Under the pieces are notes generated by a model. That model was not told the origin of the DNA. It was given only the letters and a program-made list of their open reading frames with translations, and did not search any database. This document shows, piece by piece, positions 1-8,176 of a stretch of DNA of 64,000 nucleotides (the stretch's first letter is position 1; every line of letters begins with the position of its first letter). The translations under genes were made by a program, and so were the position numbers. Source of the DNA: an uncultured virus (IMG/VR IMGVR_UViG_3300021256_000068) (lineage: Duplodnaviria > Heunggongvirae > Uroviricota > Caudoviricetes); the IMG/VR virus record IMGVR_UViG_3300021256_000068; one strand, written 5' to 3'.

Positions 1-2
1 CA

Positions 3-296
3 GAAGAGAAGTTAGTTCCTGGTGGACCATTCGGTATGACAATGTACTCAAAGATTTTCAATCCAATGGGCAATATGGCAGGAGAGAATTCATTTGGTAA
101 TATGTTAATGATGCAAGCATTAATGGGTGATGATGGCTATGGTAATGGCAATGGTAATGGCTATGGTAATGGCAATAGTAATAATGGTTTGTTACTAGCT
201 ATGATGATGATGATGCAAGGTGGATTTAAGTTCCCTACATTTGAAATGCCAAACTTACCAACCGCAAGCGGCGAAAAAACTGCTGATAAGAAGTAA
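3..296 (+). CDS. Hypothetical protein, 5'-truncated by window; Met/Gly/Asn-rich low-complexity C-terminus
   Basis: Frame is open from the window edge; GYGNGN repeats; ends TAA. Confidence 0.7.
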   Translation, partial: EEKLVPGGPFGMTMYSKIFNPMGNMAGENSFGNMLMMQALMGDDGYGNGNGNGYGNGNSNNGLLLAMMMMMQGGFKFPTFEMPNLPTASGEKTADKK

Positions 297-302
297 TCTT
301 TG

Positions 303-331
303 TTGACAAAGACGAAAATTCATTATATAAT
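303..331 (+). promoter_or_regulatory. Sigma-A/70-type promoter
   Basis: TTGACA(303)-17 nt-TATAAT(326). Confidence 0.85.
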
Positions 332-354
332 ATAATTGTAAAAAATAAAAGAAA

Positions 355-547
355 GGTTAACTACCTGTAAAAAAATCGGTGAACCCAGTATGCAAATACC
401 GTGAGCGGGAAGAGTGGTTGAACTATGAATTTAGTTGATGCACTTTATCGGGTTAAACAGTTAGGGGAGAGCAAACCCTGCAGAATAGCGCCGCAGCGAT
501 AACAAGCTAATAGGTGGTGCGTAAAACCACCTCCTTCATTTAGGAGG
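355..547 (+). ncRNA. Structured 5' leader or small RNA, unassigned
   Basis: GC-richer non-coding stretch; helices TAACT/AGTTA, ACCTG/CGGGT, AGGTGG/CCACCT; CCTCCT/AGGAGG hairpin covers the SD of the next gene. Confidence 0.5.
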
Positions 548-552
548 TCTGT

Positions 553-1023
553 ATGAGAAAAAGATTGACTAAACAAGAGAAAAAGGATAGAAAACAATAC
601 CTTAAAACCTTTAAAAAGTACAAGAAAGAACTTATGGAAATAGTGAAAAAATATTACGGTCCATGGGATAATTTCTTAGGTAGTTTTTTTGAAGTTATAG
701 TTCAACATTGGAAGGATTATTATAAATTAGGTTATAATGTTTGGGGTATGGAAGTTAAAGATACACCTGAATTTGATGACCCTAACCGTCCAACAAGATA
801 TGAAATTGCTTGTGAATTAGAACGCCGCTATAAGGAGTGGCAAGATTTTTCTGGTATGGATTTAGTCCAATTAGAAGATGGAAAATGGGTAGCAAAATAT
901 CACAAGAGATATTTATTACCCGATGGAAAAATCAATATTGATTTGTTAAATCAAGACAATAGAGATTTAGAAAAGAATTTCTTTGATTATTACATAAAGT
1001 ATTCTCATGATATGTGGGATTAA
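553..1023 (+). CDS. Hypothetical protein
   Basis: 156-aa ORF with AGGAGG SD. Confidence 0.8.
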   Translation: MRKRLTKQEKKDRKQYLKTFKKYKKELMEIVKKYYGPWDNFLGSFFEVIVQHWKDYYKLGYNVWGMEVKDTPEFDDPNRPTRYEIACELERRYKEWQDFSGMDLVQLEDGKWVAKYHKRYLLPDGKINIDLLNQDNRDLEKNFFDYYIKYSHDMWD

Positions 1024-1035
1024 TCCCACTTAAAT

Positions 1036-1112
1036 AGTCTGTTGGTGGAATTGGTTAACACGTCGCCCTCTCAAGGCGAAGATTACGAGTTCGAGCCTCG
1101 TACGGACTACCA
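1036..1112 (+). tRNA. tRNA-Glu(CTC)
   Basis: Acceptor AGTCTGT/ACGGACT, anticodon arm TCGCC-CT CTC AA-GGCGA, GTTCGA T-loop, CCA end. Confidence 0.9.
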
Positions 1113-1278
1113 ATTTTGAAAAGTTTGAGAATTTTTGATATATTATTTTTGGATAGCTACCTGCAAAAAATTTCCTTTTCGACAGGTTCGTTAAGGTTAA
1201 ATAGCTAGGCATCACATACCTTGAATATTGTGCCCTAGGATATTGGGTTAAATATCTACTTTAAGGATTGGTGAGAAA

Positions 1279-1434
1279 ATGAAGCGACATTGTTTTATGA
1301 GTTATGAACAAATAAGTGATAGAATAGAAGCTTTACAAAAAGATTTTACACCAAAAACTAATCAAGAGTTGAAGAAACTTTTAAAGCGTAAACAACGCCT
1401 TGATAAGAAAGCGGCGAAAATCTTCTTGATGTAA
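1279..1434 (+). CDS. Small basic hypothetical protein (51 aa)
   Basis: MKRHCFMSYEQ...; GGTGA SD; below the ORF-track length cutoff. Confidence 0.55.
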   Translation: MKRHCFMSYEQISDRIEALQKDFTPKTNQELKKLLKRKQRLDKKAAKIFLM

Positions 1435-1501
1435 AGGATTTTTCCCGCAATTATTTTAACCTCTATTGTATCACATCAATTTATTTTCTCTTTTGATACA
1501 T

Positions 1502-1577
1502 GGTGAGGTTAGTCTAATGGTTAAGACACTGGATTGTGGCCCCAGGCATACGGGTTCGACTCCCGTACCTCACACCA
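1502..1577 (+). tRNA. tRNA-His(GTG)
   Basis: G-1 plus GTGAGGT/ACCTCAC acceptor, loop TT GTG GC, GGTTCGA, ACCA end. Confidence 0.9.
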
Positions 1578-1580
1578 AAT

Positions 1581-1655
1581 AGGGGTGTAGCATAATGATT
1601 AGTGCAGCGGACTTTGACTCCGCTTATGATGGTTTGATTCCATCCGCCCCTGCCA
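1581..1655 (+). tRNA. tRNA-Gln(TTG)
   Basis: AGGGGTG/CGCCCCT acceptor, GCGGA-CT TTG AC-TCCGC, GCCA end; T-loop variant GGTTTGA. Confidence 0.85.
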
Positions 1656-1677
1656 AAGAATAGATAGGAATGATAAA

Positions 1678-1971
1678 ATGGATATTTATGTTGTTAAACT
1701 ATTTCAACACACAATAGGTAGTTGTGAATATTGTGGCAATGTTGCATGGTTTTCTAATCATGATGATGCTATTAAATGTGTTGAAACAAATTCTTTTGAT
1801 ATTGCAGATGATGGATATTTTAATGTAGCTTTAATTGTTAAATTAAATGAGGGTTGTTATCCAATTTGTAATAAAGAAGACGAAGAATGGTTTGTATATG
1901 ACAAAAACGAAAAATGTTTTAAACGAACTGATTTAAGATTTGGTGAAGATTTTTTCGTATATAGCATTTAA
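1678..1971 (+). CDS. Hypothetical protein
   Basis: 97-aa ORF with AGGA SD. Confidence 0.75.
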   Translation: MDIYVVKLFQHTIGSCEYCGNVAWFSNHDDAIKCVETNSFDIADDGYFNVALIVKLNEGCYPICNKEDEEWFVYDKNEKCFKRTDLRFGEDFFVYSI

Positions 1972-1975
1972 TTTC

Positions 1976-2004
1976 TTGACAAAACTCAAGAAATAAGTTA
2001 TAAT
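1976..2004 (+). promoter_or_regulatory. Sigma-A-type promoter upstream of the large structured RNA and tmRNA
   Basis: TTGACA(1976)-17 nt-TATAAT(1999). Confidence 0.85.
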
Positions 2005-2010
2005 AAAATT

Positions 2011-3665
2011 AGATAAAAAAGTTGAGCTTAGACTTGGAAATTGGTTCTGCTGAGGTTCCTTGTTGCAGAGTTCAGATATAACTTGTAGTTATAGCAAATG
2101 GAAGGAAAACCATAAAAGCTCTTGTAAACAAATCAAGGTCTTTCAGAAAAGCACGATTGTGGCGAAGGATACAGTTTGTCTTGAGTAAACCCCTTTGGGC
2201 TGTTGCAACGGTCCACTCACCACTCAGGTTAAGCAGTGGGAACTCCAGGAGCAATTGTGCAAACTGCAAGATGGGGTTGTGCCCATTAAGTTAATTTTTA
2301 CTATCTAATCTGTCATAGGTGGTCTCGTGGGAATGGATGTTCCTTCATCTAACGGGTTAGATTTTTGAGACTGTGCTACACGATATGCACGTAAAATAAG
2401 GTCGTGTTCGAAATGTTTAAAGATTGAGCGAAGCATTGTGACTTCGGGACTACAATAGTAGGACTCTCCTTTTTTGGTGTCGAATACTCGAGTGGACATT
2501 TCTTATGGAGTTCAAGGTCGGAAGTGAATCAGACCTTGTAAATATAAAAGAAAACTAAGCACGTTCCGCTAAAATACAAGTGAATGAGAAGCATACTCAA
2601 CCTCGTGTCAACAACTCACAAAGTATGCAAGGTTGTAAAACCCGTAAGTTTTATAGTGTTAGTTTATATCAAAACTTTCAGTCGTAAACTCGATAAAATG
2701 CGCTTGAAAGATAGTCGTCGGATGAAATAAAGCCGTTTTAGGTAGGGTTCTGCCAGTATGAGCAATCAAGGACGTAACATCCCAGTTCACCTTTAAGCAA
2801 CTGCCTTGACAATTATAATAAAAGGCAATGGAGTCGGTGTTAACTGTCTTACATTGGATATATAGAAATATATAGCTCGGCGGAAAGAATGTTGATGTAT
2901 GTCAAACTATTTCTGTAACAGGACTGGCGGCTATGTCGAGGTCCTTAGATATAGCCTTATTGTGTATTCGTAAATACTCGTGCTTATACATTGAGATAAG
3001 TGCCGAATTTGATCCCATTGGCTTGGTTAGGGAAGTCATTGGAGTAGTTCGCGGCAAGGTGGCGCCTTGCAGGTTTCGCTAGTTGAGCCAGAGCCTATCT
3101 AGGTAGAGATACCGAAAGAAAAACTAGATATAGCCCGATTACGGCTGCGAATAGTAATCACTTGACAGTTTTAGTGTATGAGATAGACGGCACTTAAAAT
3201 AAATATCTATTAAGTGGGTATAGACACTTTAAACCTATACCATTACTCGTGTAAGAGAGTATAAACCTTACACAGCGACGCTGACCCGTATGCGTTGAAT
3301 AAATGGCGGGGTTGACTAGTCTTAAGGTTATGATTTTGGGATGAGCCCAACCTTGTCTTATGTGGACAAAAAAATCACTGACACAATTGACTTTCACAAT
3401 GTAGTCCAAGAAACATTGTACGTATAGTATATGGAAATATACTGAACTTGGCAACGTAGTTAACGTTGTGACGGCAGCAAGTGACCCAATCCAACTAGCC
3501 TTAAAGGGTGCGGGGCGTCAGTGGAAACTGCGGCGTTTCACTATAATCTAAAAGATCCGAGTGTTATGGCGTTTACTGTGGCAGGAAAGCGTCCATCGAA
3601 AGATGCGAGAGGTGGGTTGGTTTTTGATAAGTTTTCCAATTAGCCAAATAAACTTATTTCATTTT
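2011..3665 (+). ncRNA. Very large (~1.65 kb) structured non-coding RNA(s), family unrecognised
   Basis: No credible ORF, GC-richer than flanks, more than 20 hairpins, 3' H-type pseudoknot at 3617-3657; lies between a promoter and tmRNA. Confidence 0.7.
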
Positions 3666-3671
3666 ATACAT

Positions 3672-4064
3672 GGGCTAGTTTTATGGTATTCGCTTGGAGT
3701 TGAAAGAGAGAATAAGCATACGGAGTAGGCTCCGTTAAAAACGTCGAGGTTTAGAAATAAACGCAAACTCAATTAATATGGCAGCTGTAGCTGCAATGAA
3801 TGCTCCTAGAGCATACGCTTTCGCCTAATCTAGTAAAACTGTTAGGAAAAGAATATTAGAATACCCAATCTAATATTTCTTACATTTTAAGGGTTTTGGT
3901 CCCGAGGAAGAGTTAACATACCAGAGCGACCTAAGTTTAATTGTTAACCCTTTAATTCTTCTTTGTCTATTGAGAAAATTAAAGTGAAATAAAAATAGAC
4001 TAATATGTAGAAAGTTTGATTAATTGGCTTCAATACACGGGTTCGACTCCCGTCTGGTCCACCC
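3672..4064 (+). ncRNA. ssrA: tmRNA; tag ANSINMAAVAAMNAPRAYAFA*
   Basis: Acceptor GGGCTAG/CTGGTCC-A with G3:U70 pair, GGTTCGAC T-arm, ATAAAC-GCA resume context at 3763, tag ends YAFA-TAA at 3828. Confidence 0.9.
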
Positions 4065-4116
4065 AAAAGCTCAAGTTATTGATTTGAACTTTTGGTTGGG
4101 TTAGTTGAAAAATTAT

Positions 4117-4145
4117 TTGACAAAATCCAATAAATATTATATAAT
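4117..4145 (+). promoter_or_regulatory. Sigma-A-type promoter
   Basis: TTGACA-17 nt-TATAAT. Confidence 0.85.
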
Positions 4146-4174
4146 ATATATGTAAAGGAAAGGAAGTAATAACT

Positions 4175-4531
4175 ATGAAATGGAATGATTTATTGTATGA
4201 ATACGAAAGCAATCTTGCATTTATTAATCGTCAACGTAAATATTACTCAAAAGATTATGTAATAGGAATGTATCGCATGTTGCGATTGATGGTTCATCAA
4301 ATGCGCTTTGAGTGCGAAGATTTACCTGAAATTGACTATTCAACAAACACTTTCTTTTATAGAGGATATGAATATAAAGTAGAATTTGATGACGCTGGTC
4401 AACAAATGTATATTGATTTAGGCAATACTATTTTATCTGGTGGAGCTTTCAATAATTCTCCTGAGTCAGAGTGGATGGAAAGATTAGACGACATTCTTGA
4501 CGAGAAAGATTATCCTTGGTTGGTTGAATAA
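4175..4531 (+). CDS. Hypothetical protein
   Basis: 118-aa ORF with AAGGA SD, downstream of a promoter. Confidence 0.8.
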   Translation: MKWNDLLYEYESNLAFINRQRKYYSKDYVIGMYRMLRLMVHQMRFECEDLPEIDYSTNTFFYRGYEYKVEFDDAGQQMYIDLGNTILSGGAFNNSPESEWMERLDDILDEKDYPWLVE

Positions 4532-4559
4532 AATTTAATTAAAAATAATGAAAAATTTG

Positions 4560-4588
4560 TTGACAAAATCTAAAAAATATTGTATAAT
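4560..4588 (+). promoter_or_regulatory. Sigma-A-type promoter upstream of the ROOL-like RNA
   Basis: TTGACA-17 nt-TATAAT. Confidence 0.85.
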
Positions 4589-4624
4589 ATAAATGTAAAT
4601 AAAAAGTTAATAATTATCTTTATA

Positions 4625-5262
4625 ATTTAATTGTGCAACCTTATGAAAACGTCTTGTTTGACGATAAGGGCTCACGTCAGTAGTAGTGAAAGTAATGGGA
4701 TACTGTTATGAGTAGCAAAAACTGTGGTAGGTAACCAAGCAGTAATCCTCTCTGGTAATGAGGTTAGACGGGATGGCGCATAGAATAACTGTGAGATAAA
4801 CATAATCAACGAGGGCACCTATAAGCGGCTCTGCAGTAATGCATCCCACGACAGGACATTGTAAGAAGGGAAATCTTAGTGTTCCACGTATCTCCAAAAT
4901 ATGGTGTTAGGACTTGATGTTTCGTGAGAAACTATAACCTATGTTGATTGAACAAGTAGCCGTATGTCCATAAACCTTCTTTTAATTTTGATAGTCTAGT
5001 TTAAAAGATAATACAGCAAGAAGAAAAATTCTGAAGCTCGGTGAAAGTTGGCAAATACTGATTTTGCCCATTGTTCGGTTTAACCCATTTGAGAAGCCTT
5101 AGGGTAGCTCCCTTTTGCTCAGACTCAAGTGAATGTATGTTAATAATCTTACGTTGGAACGAATGTATATTGAAGAATAGCACGATTAAATTATAAAGAT
5201 AATTATTGCTTAGACATATATGTGTCCCAAGCATGACCGTTAAACTGCTTACCTCCTTTCCC
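4625..5262 (+). ncRNA. ~640-nt structured RNA, probably ROOL-class
   Basis: Non-coding, many hairpins, long-range AATCAAC/GTTGATT pairing; size and phage tRNA-cluster context fit ROOL; family call from memory, not a covariance-model search. Confidence 0.55.
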
Positions 5263-5366
5263 TAAAATATTATGGTGAAGGGTGCTGAACGTGGCGAGTG
5301 TTTACGTTTGAGTGACATAAACTTTCGCTTGTAAAAAATTTGAAATTATAACAAGAGGTAAAGAAA

Positions 5367-5432
5367 ATGATGTGGATAATAATGGCTAAAGTAAATAGAA
5401 ATTTTAATAACCATTATTTTACTATGTCATAA
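5367..5432 (+). CDS. Putative 21-aa leader peptide MMWIIMAKVNRNFNNHYFTMS
   Basis: GAGGT SD at 5355; precedes a terminator hairpin and tRNA(CAT). Confidence 0.35.
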   Translation: MMWIIMAKVNRNFNNHYFTMS

Positions 5433-5481
5433 GATTGACTTTTACTTTTGTTTGTAATGTAATAAGCTCACACAAATTGCG

Positions 5482-5513
5482 GCGTCACATCTATATGATA
5501 GTGACGCTTTTTT
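5482..5513 (+). terminator. Intrinsic terminator-like hairpin abutting a tRNA
   Basis: GCGTCAC/GTGACGC stem plus T6. Confidence 0.6.
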
Positions 5514-5588
5514 GTCAGTTTCGTTCAAAGGCTAGGACGAAGCGTTCATACCGCTTAGATACGGGTTCGAGTCCCTTAGCTGACACCA
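5514..5588 (+). tRNA. tRNA(CAT), probably elongator Met
   Basis: GTCAGTT/AGCTGAC acceptor, AAGCG-TT CAT AC-CGCTT, ACCA end; paired 1:72 so not initiator-like. Confidence 0.8.
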
Positions 5589-5616
5589 AAAATGCGGCAA
5601 AAATAATAAAATAATA

Positions 5617-5645
5617 TTGACAAAAAGAAAAAATTATTATATAAT
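5617..5645 (+). promoter_or_regulatory. Sigma-A-type promoter
   Basis: TTGACA-17 nt-TATAAT. Confidence 0.85.
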
Positions 5646-5678
5646 ATAATTGTAAAAGATAGAAAGAAGGTTTTTAAT

Positions 5679-6128
5679 ATGTTTCATAGAGATGAATATG
5701 ACAATAAGTTAATACTTGTATGTCACACTGATGGTGATTGGTGTTTTGATTTAGAAAGTCTTAGTGATAAACAAATCGAACAAATTAAAGAAATTTGGAA
5801 AGACGAAACATCTCCATTTTATTATGAATATCTACCTGATGCAGACAATAGATTAGTAGACAATTATACAGATTATTGTTTTAATTATGATTTTAGTGAT
5901 ATAGGATATTATTTAGCAGTTAAAGTATTAAAAACTTTACAAGTTTTGCTTTATGCAGATACACATGATTGGGCATATAAAGAAGTTGGTGATATGCTTC
6001 AAAGCGGAATTGACTTCGTTGAAAGTAAACAAGAAGGGGTTCACTATGCAACAGTCAAAGACGGTAATTGGCAACCAACATCATTAATTATTATTAGGAA
6101 GAGGTTAGAAAATAATGAGCAAAATTAA
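5679..6128 (+). CDS. Hypothetical protein
   Basis: 149-aa acidic ORF with SD. Confidence 0.8.
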   Translation: MFHRDEYDNKLILVCHTDGDWCFDLESLSDKQIEQIKEIWKDETSPFYYEYLPDADNRLVDNYTDYCFNYDFSDIGYYLAVKVLKTLQVLLYADTHDWAYKEVGDMLQSGIDFVESKQEGVHYATVKDGNWQPTSLIIIRKRLENNEQN

Positions 6129-6402
6129 TTTAGAATTAGATGTGGATTTAAAAACTTTAAGATTTTTCTTATATGAAACTTATAGTGACTTAGGAGAAGT
6201 ATTAGAGTATACAGATGAGCAAGTTATAGATAAGGCTCAAAAGAAAATTGCAAACTTATTATATAAGAAATATAATAAAGTAGCTGAAGAAATTATGACA
6301 AAGACTTCAGACAGAGAGTTAGTTAATAAGTTTATTGATTTCTTATTAGAAGAGAAAGATAAAGAGGAAGAACAACCAGAACAATTAAGTTTACCTTTAT
6401 AA
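6115..6402 (+). CDS. Hypothetical protein
   Basis: 95-aa ORF; C-terminal QLSLPL resembles a beta-clamp-binding motif. Confidence 0.75.
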   Translation: MSKINLELDVDLKTLRFFLYETYSDLGEVLEYTDEQVIDKAQKKIANLLYKKYNKVAEEIMTKTSDRELVNKFIDFLLEEKDKEEEQPEQLSLPL

Positions 6403-6421
6403 GAAAGGAATTGATGTAAAA

Positions 6422-7093
6422 ATGAGTAATGTGTATTTTGTATCAGATACCCATTTTCAACATAAAAATATATTAAAATATGAACCAATTCGTATTGATT
6501 TTGTAGCTCAATATATGTCAGAACACGGCAGTAGAAAAACTTTCGAGGAAGCTCGTGAATTTTTAATAAATTGTATTGAAACAGGAGAAAATACTGAAAC
6601 CATGCTTTATTGGCATGATGAAGCACTTATCGCCGCGTGGAACTCGCGAGTTAAGGACGATGATGTGGTATGGTTCTTAGGTGATTTTGGTTTTAAAGAT
6701 ACAAAGAAGATGCAAGAAATTGGTCATAGATTAAAAGGTCATAAGCGTATAATTATGGGTAATCACGATAGAGAAAAGCCTGAATTTTATTATACTTGTG
6801 GATTTGAATTTGTTAGTCCATATCCAGTAGTATTAAAGAGACATTTTATTCTATCTCATGCGCCTTTATTTAAGGAACAGGTTGAGGACGGAGTAACAAC
6901 TAGGGCTTTACCTATGGGACAATTCTTTAATATCTATGGTCACGTTCATAGCCATGGAGATTTTGCTACTCTTGATGAGAATAGTGCTTGTGTATGTGTA
7001 GAACGTATTAATTTTACTCCAACAACATTGTACGTATTTGATAGTTATGTTGAAGGTAGCGCAGGAAATCCCGCAAAGACTAGACAAAAGTAA
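6422..7093 (+). CDS. Calcineurin-like metallophosphoesterase
   Basis: SDTHFQH, FLGD, GNHD, LSHAP, GHVH motifs. Confidence 0.9.
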   Translation: MSNVYFVSDTHFQHKNILKYEPIRIDFVAQYMSEHGSRKTFEEAREFLINCIETGENTETMLYWHDEALIAAWNSRVKDDDVVWFLGDFGFKDTKKMQEIGHRLKGHKRIIMGNHDREKPEFYYTCGFEFVSPYPVVLKRHFILSHAPLFKEQVEDGVTTRALPMGQFFNIYGHVHSHGDFATLDENSACVCVERINFTPTTLYVFDSYVEGSAGNPAKTRQK

Positions 7094-7110
7094 TTCATTG
7101 CCTTGATAGT

Positions 7111-7300
7111 GGGCATTGTTGAGCTATTTGGCACACCTGAGCCACTTAACCAGAAAGAAAGGTCGCAGCGCACTGCGTAACAGGCGTACACGGTGTATTA
7201 GCTAATGCCTAATACCGGCACGGACTTGCCGCAGGTGGTTCCATGTCCATTTATATTTCGGCACGAACTTGTCGTCAGAGGGTAGTTCCCTCATGTTCAC
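7111..7300 (+). ncRNA. Structured RNA region: ~100-nt multibranch element plus two tandem pseudoknots
   Basis: GGGCATTG/TAATGCCT closing stem; CGGCA-CGRAC-TTGYCG...ATGTYCA repeated at 7216 and 7259. Confidence 0.55.
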
Positions 7301-7302
7301 TT

Positions 7303-7379
7303 GGACCTGTAGCTTAATTGGTTAGAGCAGCGGACTCATAACCCGCCGGTTCTCGGTTCGATCCCGAGCGGGTCCACCA
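7303..7379 (+). tRNA. tRNA(CAT), probably Ile2 (lysidine type)
   Basis: GGACCTG/CGGGTCC-ACCA, loop CT CAT AA; resembles Bacillota tRNA-Ile2. Confidence 0.85.
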
Positions 7380-7405
7380 AATTTTAAGATTGAGAGGAAT
7401 TAAAT

Positions 7406-8176
7406 ATGTACAAAGGATTATATGATAAGTTTTCAAATTGGTTTAGAGGCGGCAACATTTGGCTTTATTCAGACCCACATTTTGGTGATGAAGAAATGAA
7501 GTATATCCGCAAGAATTATATTGGTGATGATGAACAAGTAAAGCGTATCAATTCAAAAGTAGGAAAGAACGATACAATTATTTTCTTGGGTGATATTGGT
7601 GATGTTGAATGGGTTAAGAAGATTCGCGGCTACAAGGTATTGATTATGGGTAATCACGATGGCGGCGCATCAAACTACAAGAGAGTAATTGAAGAGAAAG
7701 AAACTTTTAACTCTGCTGAAATCACTGCTGAAGATTTAGACAAGGTACAAGAATTAGGTTTTGGTTTTGTTCACGAACCTGAAAAGTTAAAAGAATTAGG
7801 TTTAGATAAGTATTTCCATAAAGTAGTAAATGACAATCATTTATTTGATGAAGTATATGAAGGACCAGTATTTATTAATGATAAGGTAGTTTTATCTCAT
7901 GAACCATTCCCAATGGCAAGATTAACTTCAAGAGATGAAAAAGGATATTGTAAAGACGCTTATTGTTTCTACAATATTCACGGACACGATCATTCAAACA
8001 CTTTACAAAAATTCCCTGATGACCCTTTTATGAATGTTTGCGCAGAATGGATTGATTACACTCCTGTATCTTTACTAAATATGTTAAAAAAGGGAGCTTT
8101 CAGTAAGATTGATAATATCCATAGATTTACTATTGACAAAGCAACTGCAAAGAAGGGCGGCAAGAAAAATGGCTAA
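7406..8176 (+). CDS. Calcineurin-like metallophosphoesterase (second paralog)
   Basis: SDPHFG, FLGDIG, GNHD, LSHEP, HGHDH motifs. Confidence 0.9.
   Translation: MYKGLYDKFSNWFRGGNIWLYSDPHFGDEEMKYIRKNYIGDDEQVKRINSKVGKNDTIIFLGDIGDVEWVKKIRGYKVLIMGNHDGGASNYKRVIEEKETFNSAEITAEDLDKVQELGFGFVHEPEKLKELGLDKYFHKVVNDNHLFDEVYEGPVFINDKVVLSHEPFPMARLTSRDEKGYCKDAYCFYNIHGHDHSNTLQKFPDDPFMNVCAEWIDYTPVSLLNMLKKGAFSKIDNIHRFTIDKATAKKGGKKNG

Noticed and set aside
135..190. GGCTATGGTAATGGCAAT repeat as a CRISPR or regulatory array
   Set aside because: It is an in-frame low-complexity Gly-Asn coding repeat; no CRISPR array was seen anywhere in the window
2011..3665. rRNA fragment, RNase P RNA or group I/II intron
   Set aside because: No universal rRNA motifs, no GAGGAAAGTCC-type P4, no domain V-like hairpin and no interrupted host gene recognised by eye; a covariance-model search is still needed
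7216..7300. HDV-like (theta) ribozyme next to a tRNA
   Set aside because: It lacks the P3/L3 nested elements and lies 5' rather than 3' of the tRNA
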